This document shows positions 23,462-35,400 of a stretch of 64,000 nt of DNA, in pieces. This DNA is from Podarcis muralis (taxonomy: Eukaryota). The position numbers and the translations under genes were made by a program. The notes beneath the pieces are model-generated. The model saw only the letters and a list, made by a program, of their open reading frames with translations, had not been told where the DNA came from and made no database searches. The DNA is taken from positions 29,636,001 to 29,700,000 of the forward strand of contig NC_135656.1 in the NCBI RefSeq assembly GCF_964188315.1, given 5' to 3'. Position 1 is the first letter of the stretch. Each line of letters starts with the position of its first letter.

Positions 23462-26400
23462 ATATGAGGGGTGGTGGCTCAAAGCTAAGAAATTAGGAAA
23501 GCCATAGTACGATCCTGGCTTCTTTCTTGTTTGTTAATGCCTGTTCTATACATGCCTACTGAGAAGTAAGTCCAACTGAGAATTACTCTCAGATAATTGT
23601 GAGCAGCGGAAGCCACAGTTCTCTACTTTGGGCATAAAATAGGGAGTGCTAGCTCAATACAAGCCCGGGTCTTTGGGTCAAAAGTGGAACATGATAGGAA
23701 GAGGGGAAAGGATAGGGGAGGGGACAGCCACAACTTCCTAAATAGAAAGTTTTGAAGCCTTGGTTGTTCTTCTGAACATGGCCATTGAAATAGGTGAACT
23801 GGAAATCACTGCAGTATTCTAGGAAGGTAAATTAGTTTTTTCTACCTCTAAAGTTGTTATAACTTGATGGGGCAGAGACCTGTTCTAGAATAAATTCACC
23901 TTAAATAGCTGCAAATATCCCACCTCCCAATCTTTAGGGAACACTCTAAAAAAGTATATGCCACTCCACATTCCAAAAAGCTAACATAAAAACATACCGT
24001 GCTTCTTGAAAGCCTGCCACTGCTCTGTGGTTGTCGCCTCCTATTACAACACCACAATCAACACAGAAACCACGCTGCATGGGACGGCCACACTGAAAGG
24101 AGAGAGGGGTGGAATATTAGAAGCAGAAAACTGAAGTAATTCTGCTTGGTAAAGCTTAGGCTAAGGTTCAACTATTTTCCAAAATGTTAAGCAATTGCAA
24201 AACTAAACTAAACAAATACACAAACAAACAAAAGCCACACACACAGCAAAGTTCTGCTTTAGTTTGCTTTACAAGGAATTCCTTGAAAACATGACAGAAT
24301 GTTGAAGGAGAATGAAGTGCTACACAAACTGTAGCACAGACGGCTTTTAAAGAAATAAACCAGAATACACACACAATCTGTGAAAGCTCTTACCTCTCCA
24401 ATAGTGCAGGGGTGGCCATTTGGACATGCTGGTTTGGGGAAAAAAGAAAGGATTTATTTACTTATTCATTCATTTGTCCTTTACCTGCAGGTCACAGGGC
24501 AGTTCACATAATCAAAACAAAAACAAAAACAACCCAATAACCCCCCCTTTTTTTAAAGAGCATCGGATGTCAATCAACCAAAGGCCTGTCTAAAGTGGAA
24601 AGTTTTTGGCAGGCGCCTAAAGGTGTATAATGATGGTGCCAGGCGAACCTCCTTGGGGAGAGAAAGAAGTGTGCATGCACACGAAAGCTCATACCAATAA
24701 CAAACTTAGTTGGTCTCTAAGGTGCTACTGGAAGGAATGTTTTTATTCTCTTCAAGCTAAGTTACTGGGCAGTAAAATGGCAAATGCAATAAAATGTAAA
24801 CTAGTGCAAAGTGATGCATGATGGGGCAAATATGAACAAATTCCTGCTGATTCTGACAACAGAATCTGATCTCAAAACACCTCTGGATGCTTTCAGAAAG
24901 AAATAGGATATTTCTATCAATCTGCTACTTGTTCCCATGGTACACATCAAAATAATTTGGATTTTAGGTCTGCTTATTTCACTTACATTACATTACATTA
25001 CAAGTACATTTAAAGTTATTTTTGATAACTACTTTACATTTCTGAGAAGTTTACACAACTATCAAGATTCTTTTTTAAAAGTCCACACTGGGTGGTATTC
25101 AGCAAGCTCATTCTGTCAGCACAATGACTGTGGGCTGTTCTGGGGTTCCCTCAACCCCCTGAAGCTGTTCTGAAGAGGTCACGGCGTGCATGGGGAGGAA
25201 AGATGGGGGGGGGGGGATCTGCTGCGGAAGTGGAAATCCTTGCACTAAAAGAATGAGTGAATTGGGTACCACCCACTGACACTTAACCATATGTCTTTGT
25301 GCCTAAATGGATAGATACGACACAGTAATTTGACAGGAGAGTAATATATGGAAGCAATCCCCATCATACCCTGGATTATTTCCACTGTTTTCGGGGGACA
25401 AGACACCACTGGGGAAAAATAGCTCTCTAGACTGCTCCCAAGCTTGAGCATGGTACTTACTATACCATCGAAGTCCTGCTGCTGCTTCCCATCTCACAGC
25501 CTGAGCCAGTAAGTCTTCTGGCATTGTTGGCAGAAAAGCACCCTGGAAGGGGAGAAGGAGAATATCAAAGTGGAACTAGAATAATATGCAGTGTCCTCCT
25601 GTTCATGTATTAAGATCTTCAGTTGAAGTCTTTTGCCATGTGCTAAAGTGTGTTATACGGGACGTGGGTGGCGCTGTGGGTTAAAGCCTCAGCACCTAGG
25701 ACTTGCCGATCGAAAGGTCGACGGTTCGAATCCCCGCGGCGGGGTGCACTCCCGTCGTTCGGTCCCAGCGCCGGCCAACCTAGCAGTTCGAAAGCACCTT
25801 CGGGTGCAAGTAGATAAATAGGGACCGCTTACTAGCGGGAAGGTAAACGGTGTTCCGTGTGCTGCGCTGGCTCGCCAGATGCAGCTTGTCACGCTGGCCA
25901 TGTGACCCGGAAGTGTCTGCGGACAGCACTGGCCCCCGGCCTATAGAGTGAGATGAGCGCACAACCCTAGAGTCTGGCAAGACTGGCCCGTATGGGCAGG
26001 GGTACCTTTACCTTTTTAAAGTGTGTTATGCTTGCATGCAGGAGAGGACTGTTTCTGTGTGATTGCAGACAGACAGGAAATGCAAGTAAAACAGTAATGA
26101 GTGCAGGAACTGATGGGAATTGCAAAGGAAAACGGAACATTCACTTCTTTACCTGCATGGTATGAGGTGAGAATGCCAGATTCCTTAGAGGTTCAAGGAT
26201 TCGATTCTGGCCAGACAGCAAGACAGCAGCAGTGTGAATTGCCATTTCAATCACTACCCTCTTGTGGCTGGAATCTTGGGGGCTCAGTGCCAGTGAGGGG
26301 AGTTGGTTATTCATCAGAGATTCTGCAAATCTCTCCAGCTCTGGAGAAGGAAGAACGTTGGAGCTCTGGATGAACTCCTTGATAACATCACGTTGCTGAA

Positions 26401-29400
26401 ATAAGAAGAAAATTATTTTTCAAAAAGTAAGGTGAGATTTGTCAACTAGACTCACTTCAATCTTCATACGAACTATGGCCAACTAAGATGATCAACTGCT
26501 TGGAAGATGATTAATAATGCATATAGGTCAATGCCTTTCAATGGATTTTTAAATGAAAGTTGGGGGAAACGACCACCTTTGCTCAGTTCTATAATTGATA
26601 TCCTAATTCTTCCTCTCTCCTAAGGAAGCAGCACTTGTGCACAAGGCAACATGCAAACTGGCACCAAGACAAAGGCATTTACCTCCTGCTTCGGATGAAG
26701 ACTCTGCTCCTTGCATCCATACAGAGATGTGAACTCTCTGAAGACAGCCAAGAGAAAATGAACAGCCTGGACAGACTTGGAGACATTGCATGCCTGAAAA
26801 AGAAGGCACAAGTTACAAGGCTGGGATTGGGGGTGGGGCAGGGTGGAGAAGAGGGCAAGAAACGAGAGATTATCAATAGTTAAGCTTCCATCTTTGGCTA
26901 TTAGTAGTCATGGATATTGCTACAGAAAACACGCCCACACGAAATGGTACCAGGTCACAAAGATTTCATCTAGCGCATCAGTCCAAATATATCTCTAGAT
27001 ATGTCCAAAAAGGACACTAAAGGCACAACTTTTGTAAATGTTTCCCTGACACTGTTCCAATCTGGTAACCAGTAAGATTCCATCACCTATGGCAAGGGTA
27101 TTTCAATTGGGATTTCTTTATTTGCCAAATTTCTCCTGTAGGTAGCAGACCCACCCAGATCTGGATGAGAACATATGAAGGACACTACAAAATGGCACAG
27201 TAAAGGAAGTCCATCACTTATTAGCAGAGTCAATGTTTCTAATGCAATATGTAGCGCTCTGAAATTCAGCCCCGATACTCCAGCCAATGCAAGAATGGCT
27301 TGTCATTTGATAAGCACAAGAAGTAAACAGTAGAACACAGGTGAAAATTTGGGCTTTGGACAACTTAAATACATCAATAGTAAGCAAGAAAGCCTTGTTA
27401 ATAGAGCTGAGATATACAAAGGAAGGAGGGAAGAAAAAATCATCAGGAATATATGAAATCAAAAGAAATGGCTTTACCTTCAGGGCTGCTGAAATACCAT
27501 CTGCCTGGCATTCTATTATTGCTTTTCCCAAAGCATCACGAACCACTCTGTAGTTTTTGCCGCATACCAGGAACCGATCCATCTGATTGTGCTGATGACT
27601 CTGAGGCCACAAAATACCAAGTCCCATTTTTTAAAAGTGTGAATATGAAAGCACATTCTAAACAATGTGATGTAACTACAGAATCTGCCCATCAAATCTG
27701 CAGTTGAATTTCAAACTTCAGAAGGGTAATAGATGCCTGCCCAAACATTCTAAGTTATCACGAGGCTCTCTAGCCAAAGCAATATATTTTGCTTATTAAT
27801 ATTACATATATTTGTTAGTTACATTTTTTACAAAAAATACAAGTGACTTACAAGATAAAAAAAAACCGGATTAAAACAGCTAAAACCAGAAAATTTAAAG
27901 CATGTATAGCACAATATACCTAAAATGCTCACTGAATAAAATTAGTCCCACCTACCTCACAAAAAGATGAGCACCACCATAGAAACCAGCTTAGTTACCC
28001 AAGGCCTGAGTGAATAAATCTTAGCTTAGAGGGTGAAATCTCAATGTAAGCAAAACAAATTCCTTTTATTTTTGCAAATTCCTTCTTAAGAGCCATTCCA
28101 TTTGGCCCTTGTGTACCAAGGCATAGCTCAGAAATAAACATCTCAAATTTATTAACGATAGAGACAGATATGTATTACCTGTTGCTGTTTAATTACTTCT
28201 GATGGAAATACCCAGAGATACTGTTGTTCACTAGAAAGCCTCTGTGTGAACTCCATTCCATACTGATTAGTAAGCTTTCGGACAAGGTAAACTTTATACC
28301 AGTCATTTTTAGTCTGACAGCAGAAGCGCTTCACTTTCTGCAGGTAGAATTGCTTCTCTGTTTCTTCACTACCATCTACAGAGAGAAAGAAAACAAGGCC
28401 TTATTCCCTATGCCGTGCTATAGAAAGGTCACAATTTTAAAAGTGCTTGACAGATACAAATCATCTAGCAGCAGGAACTCTTTCACACGCCATTTCTTTG
28501 GTACATTTGCATTCCTGTTTGGTTACCATAATCCCACTTGCCTGAAGCTCCATGAAGCTCAAAGAGCAGCTCTGCAGCCCTGTCCATGCACAGCTGGATG
28601 TGGGCCACACCCTGCAAATACTCGATGGTGGCTTCTTGACGGGTGTCACCGCTGTTCCTGCTCCACTGTAAGTAGTTTTCCAGGAAACGCCCATCCTCTC
28701 TTAGCCGGTTTGCTTTGCTTTCCTCAGAGGAGGCTCCTGATTTCTCACACATAGAATCCTGAAAAATGAAACCATGTTTCCTGGTTACAACTAAGTTTCC
28801 ATACCATAGAGTTTAAGCTTTTTAAACTTCTTGCATTTGTAGTTTGCACCTTTGGGGACATGCAAGCACACACACACCATTTTGTACATGGAATGCCACC
28901 GAGCCGACAGGTATGCCAGCTTGCAAAGCTTTTTCTGCTTCCTGGTGGTGCTTTAGAAATAAATAAACCAATCTGGAAACGTTTTGGCCATCAGTTACAA
29001 TGCAACCCTAACCATGTCTACTCAAAAGTACTACTGAATTCAATGGGGTTTACTCCTAGGTAAGGGGTTAGGAGTGCAGTCTCAGTCCAAGCAAATGCTC
29101 CGAGGGCATGTAAAATACTCAGGTAAAAGCAAACTAGTAGGGGCTGTAGCAATTTTAGGAAGCTGAACAACTACGAGGCTTGCTTATCAAGAAGCAAGTC
29201 ACACAGTTCCAAAAGTTTCAAGAATGACTCATGATCGTCATTATGGCTTTTCACTCACTGCTTTTCAGAATAATATCAGGGGGTGAAATTGCTACCATCT
29301 CCAGTAATCAAAACACACAGTGCTAGTTTGTTGTTGTTGTTTAGTCATTTAGTCGTGTCTGACTCTTCGTGACCCCATAGACCAGAGCACGCCAGGCACT

Positions 29401-32400
29401 CCTGTCTTCCAATGCCTCCCACAGCTTGGTCAGACTCATACTGGTAGCTTCGGGAACACTGTCCAACCATCTTGTCCTCTGCCGTCCCCTTCTCCTTGTG
29501 CCCTCAGTCTTTCCCAACTGCTAGTTAAGTTGATGCTAATGCAAAAGCTGTGCCAGGCTTTGACAAGTAAGGAAAGCTATTTCCCTCCTACCTGATCCAG
29601 CAGCTGACAGCTTGGTAAATATATAAACAAAATGGGGTGTGTAAGCTTAGATGATGAGGAAATCCTGTTTGCGCCACAGAAGTCAACTGCAAATGACTAA
29701 ATCTAATCGCAAGCACCTTCTGATCTAGTCTATTTCCTTCCAGTACACATGTGCAGCAGGCAGTGATTGCTCTGTACTATCTCTTCCATGTCTCTGAAAA
29801 GTTAAGATTCTGGAATGACCTAAGATTCTACCACTGGGCCAGGTCACCCCTGCAAAGTAAACAAGGAAACTGGAACGTATACTTACTTCAAGGCAGTTGA
29901 CAAATAGCACGTACACTTTTGTTTTATCATCTTTGTCTAGGATGCCACTTGATTCTACTTCTGATAAATAATTTTGTACATGGACTTTCACATCGTTGAA
30001 GCTATAGAAACAGAGAAAACTCTCCTTACTCAAAATGAAAGATTTCCACTGTCAGAAGTATGCATTTCAGTTGTACAACAGAGCTGAGGTGAGAGCCAGC
30101 AAGAGATTCTGAAAAGCAATAGCTGAAACCAGGAAAGAACCACAAGGACTTCGATTTAACGAAAACATGCATCAGTGGGATAAACGCTGAAGAAGAAGCA
30201 GGGTAGTTGAAAGTCCCAATTGAAAGTCCTTACCTGTATTTTAGAAGCAACTTTAGCACGACGGAACGAATTACAGGAGTTTTATCTACCACATCGTTAA
30301 AAGGGGACAGAGATTTTGTATGCACCCTGGGGTTTCCTAAAGAAGTAATAAAACACTGCATAAAGACATGGAAAAGTCTATTTATTCAAGACAAGACAGC
30401 TGATAAAAGATCTTGTGCACGTACCTCTCAAAGGCTTCGCATGGAAAAACAGGAGTTTCAGTAGCATCTGGATCACAGCTTTTTCTGGGGGTTCATTGTC
30501 TTTGAAGCACATAGTAGAAACCAGGTTTATGAAAAAACTGTTGCAAAACTTACGGAACTGGGTGTTTTTTTCTATGCAAATACTGTGGAGAAAATGCACA
30601 AGCCATTACATATCTGGTCAACTCTGCAACTTGCACCACAAAACACATGTGTAAATGCTAAGAAATGCATAGCTAGTGGGTTATATTAAGTCCTCAGAAA
30701 TTAAGGCCAGTGTCTCTAAATCATTACCAATATTATAGATTGTTAATCAGAAGAAGGCATTACCTGAGCTCCTTGGATACTTCAATAGAATATTTTTCTG
30801 GTAGGTCAACCAGGCAAAGCGGACAGGACATCTGTCCTGCCACCAGCCACTGTTTGATACAACTGTGGCAATATACGTGATCACAAGGTAGGTTGACTGG
30901 GTCCTTAGGATCTCCCATACATATTGGACATGGTCTTAAGCCATACCTGTGAATTCAAGAGCCACAGTTAATGTGATCATATATTTAATTGTAGAGCCCA
31001 TTGCCTAAGTAAGGGATGCTCAAACTTTATACCCTTCCCCTTTCAGGGTCCACTTGAGCGGACTGAAAATTACTGAGCCCTGCCTGCCCCCACAATCACA
31101 AAATGCTAGCGTAGGGGCTGCAAGTCATAAAAAGGTGAAATTTGGTGTAATCACTTGGCAATTGCTGACAAAATTTTCTGCCAATACAGTGAAACCTTGG
31201 TTTTCGAACAGCTTAGTTGCTGAACTTTTCGGCCCCAAATGTCGAAAACCCAGAAGTGAGTGTTCCAGTTTTCGAATGATTTTCGGAAGCCGAATGTCCG
31301 TCACGGCTTCCAATTGAGTGCAAGAAGTTCCTACAGCCAGTTGAAAGTCGCGCCTTGGTTGTCAAACAGTTCCAGGAGTCAAACGGACTCCCAGAACAGA
31401 TTAAGTTTGACAACCAAGGTACCACTGTATCTAACTCCTCTTTGGAAATCACTAGACTCTTTATCACCGCAATTATTTTCTTGCAGGGAGTTCCATAGTT
31501 TAGTTTTAATCAATAAGTATAGACATTGGTTCTGGAGGTGTTATGAGTCAGTCGTCCCATTTTAGGCAAAATCTGCTCACCCAGAGATGCCAAACAAATA
31601 AGGCCAATAAGTATAGACATTGGTTCTGGAGGTGTTATGAGTCAGTCGTCCCATTTTAGGCAAAATCTGCTCACCCAGAGATGCCAAACAAATAAGGCCG
31701 TTAGTTTAATTTCCCCCCTCTCAAAATTCACCTCATGTCTTTTTTTATCTTTCTCCTTTCACATTTAACTTATATCCCACTGCTTCCCTACAAACTGCCT
31801 TTTCCCAGCCCTCCTCACACACTCATCCCAAAAGCTTTACTTGCAAAATGCTGAACTGATTTCATCCTTGCAGTCGCACAGCACGTTCATCACTGCAGTG
31901 AATGTGTTAAGAGTTTTGATGTCAGAATTCCACTGGAAACACTGAAAAGAATAAAAACAATGTGAATGGGAAGAGGCCCTCAAATGTAGGCAAACAATGC
32001 AGTAACCACAGGAGTCTGCACATTTATCACTATGGTAACTGCAATAGCAGAACATGCATTTGTTCTAACTGGGTTTAACAAGCTAGCCAAATAAGATGCT
32101 CCAACTGACTTTATTACATTATTTTTACTACAGCAATGATACATGTCTTTGCAGAAGGGCCGAATTCAATAAGACTTAGGATGTGGACACACAGTGGCGT
32201 AGCGTGGGTTGTCAGCACCCGGGGCAAGGCAAGTAATTTGTGCCCCCTAACCCGTGGATTTGCGCCCCCTAACCCGTGGATTTGCGCCCCCTAACCAATG
32301 GATTTGCCCTAACCCCAGATGTTGCGCCTGGTGCGGCCGGCCCCCCCTGCACCCCCCATGTTACGCCACTGTGGACACACTATACCTTTAAAGAAGTTTT

Positions 32401-35400
32401 GAAACACACTTCCCCTAAAAGAATTCTGGACACTGCAGTCTACCATTCACAGGGTTACAGTTCCCATAAACCTTTAACAAACCACAGTACCTAGAATTCT
32501 TTGATGGAAAGAATGCATTTCTTTACAAGTATTATGTGTACACAACCCCTCCCCAGCTATAGAATGTCCTCCCGTGAGGCCTGCCTAGCATCGGCATTAA
32601 CAGATTAAAACATATCTCTTTTTTAGGCATTTGAGGCACTATGCTTATTGCTGTTTCTGTCTTACAAATTGGAAGTGCCATTCTACCTATGAAAAGAAAA
32701 GCAAGTTCTGAGTGCTGAAATAAAACTGGTACATATTTAACTTGCTTATGGCCAGCCAAATAAGCAAAGGATGTTTCTTCAAGTGATGTTTCCCTCCAAA
32801 TGCAAAAAGGGTCCTTACCTTTCCAAGCCTTGTGGTATATTGCTTTATCAGATCCACCATCTCTGGGATCGCCTTTTCTGCTCCAAGTAGCACATGTTCC
32901 ACAAAGAGAGAGACTGAGAAAACCCGATTCCATCGGCTCCTGTTTCAAAGAGAAATGTGAGTTATGGCTTATTTATATATGGGGGGGGGGGGGGACGACA
33001 AGAAAGTAGGAAGTAAGTACCAGATGACTGGATTGAGGGATGACTCCTGCTGTATAAGAAGGGATCATCACTGCCTTTTGCAGAGCACGTCATAAAATTC
33101 AGTGGCACTGAAGACTTGATTTGGAAAAGACTAGTAACCCACTAGTAAAATGTAACTAAGGAGAGGGCCAGTACTCAAGTGAGTGCAGCAGCACAGATGC
33201 ACAGCCTCTCCATTTACTATTCTTTTACTTAACAAGCTACATCTGTTCCACTGAGCTTCAATTCGGAGGCTCACAGAGCCACTTGACTACTGTAATTTTT
33301 TTCATTCCATATTCCTTTGTAGATTCCATAATAGCATTTTACTTTTACTATTTATTGCATTTATATCCCACCTCAAGGTGGCATGCAAGGTTCTTTTCCC
33401 CTCCTTGATCCCTTGCAACAATCCTGTGAGGTAGGAAAGGTGAGCTTCAGGGTTGAGCGAGGTGATGAACCCTGGTCTCCCAGCTCCTAGTCTGACTCTC
33501 TAAACACTATACCACTTACTAAGTTGTGTGTGCGTGGGATAACACAGGAAACATGTAATCTGGGATTTGAGGGTATTAAGAAGGAAGCAGCTTTGCAAAT
33601 GGGTGACTACCACAACCGTTCAAATGGGCGAAACAACAATGTAACCAAGTGACATTGTCATTTTCAATTAATCTCAAGGGAAACATTAGGTAAAGGTAAA
33701 GGTACCCCTGCCCGTACGGGCCAGACTCTAGGGTTGTGCGCTCATCTCACTCTATAGGCCGGGAGCCAGCACTGTCCGCAGACACTTCCGGGTCACGTGG
33801 CCAGCGTGACGAAGCTGCTCTGGCGAGCCAGCGCAGCACACGGAACGCCGTTTACCTTCCCGCTAGTAAGCGGTCCCTATTTATCTACTTGCACCCGGGG
33901 GTGCTTTCGAACTGCTAGGTTGGCAGGCGCTGGGACCGAACGACGGGAGCGCACCCCACCGCGGGGATTCGAACCGCCGACCATGCGATCGGCAAGTCCT
34001 AGGCGCTGAGGTTTTACCCACAGTGCCACCCGCGTCCCACAAGGGAAATATTACTATACTTTTAAATTCATATTTTGCCTCTCAGACCTACCTGACTTCC
34101 TGGAGCAGCTGGTCACATTGGCTCTCATTGCTTTGAAAGTAGTTTGCTGTACACACAAGTTCAATTGGCATTTGAAGCTTCTTCACCTGCTGGAGCCATG
34201 TTTGAGATTTGCAGTTCAGCAGTTTTTCTTCCAACATCTCAGTACAAGCAATTGCGGCAAGCACATCCAAAACCTAAGCAATCAGGCATGAACAGGGCTT
34301 TAATACAGACATGGATAGTAAAGAAAAATACATTCGCTTCAGACACTAGTAAGGCTGTATTCCCCCCCTTAACTAAGCAAGTTACAGAAAATAAATATCC
34401 CTCTCCCTTGAGTAAGTTGGCATCAGAACTTGAGAAGAACTATGACGATATCCGCATTACCAGTTTCATAAACACGTAATGACACTTCTGCAGTGTGTAT
34501 AGTTGGTTTCCTTTCTGTTTATCCCATCTATTTCTTTTAAAACAAATGTCCTGCTTTACCCTCTATTCTAAATAGGGCACATTCCATCACCCAACCTTTA
34601 ACACCTGTATTTTCTTCCTCCCATAGAATTTTACACTAACTATTCAATTTCACCTTATTGCTCTCAGTCCAGCAATTTTCACCGTAATTCTGCCTTGGGA
34701 GTATTTGCATAATCCCCCATGCATAATCTCTAATCTTATCTTCCACAGACACCTCAGGAGAGTTGTGGAATATGCTCACTGTACATATGTCCACAACAGA
34801 TTGCACGGCTGTTTGGCACTGCAATTATGTATAAATCATTTGGTTCACAAGCTCATAGAAGATATTTGTGTTCTCACAGTAGGGCAGATACACTGTTAAG
34901 ACAGAGGTGCCCAGTGGGACACCCTCCAGATGTTGTTGGGACTGCAACTCCCATCATTCCTGGGAGAGGCAATGCTGGTTGAGGCTAATTCAAGTCAGAG
35001 CCCAACAAAAGATGCAGGGCACTATGTTGATTAGCTTTGTTATTAGGAGTATAGCAGATACGGACGTGTTAAAGCCTTGTGTGATGTTTAGTACCTCTCC
35101 TTAAAGGCAGTATAGTTTCTCCTAATACTCTAGAAAAGCAACGGAAGAATACCATATACTTCAGAGGCTGTGTTTTTTTCTAAAATATTACCACCCACCC
35201 AATATGATTCCTACCATTTGGCGATGCAAGAGGCTGCCTCCTTTCTCAATATGTTCAGTGAGAGCATTGAGCACCTCAGGGTTCACAGCAAGAATCCTGG
35301 AAAGGTTTTGCAGACGACTACTAAACTGATGGTAACCAAGATGGATCCAGGAGATGGGCAGCACCTCCTCCTCCGCACTGGGCGAGGCTGCCTTCATTTC

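Noticed and set aside
32242-32320. Regularly spaced direct repeats superficially like a CRISPR array
   Set aside because: Head-to-tail with no unique spacers, inside a MITE, in a vertebrate genome
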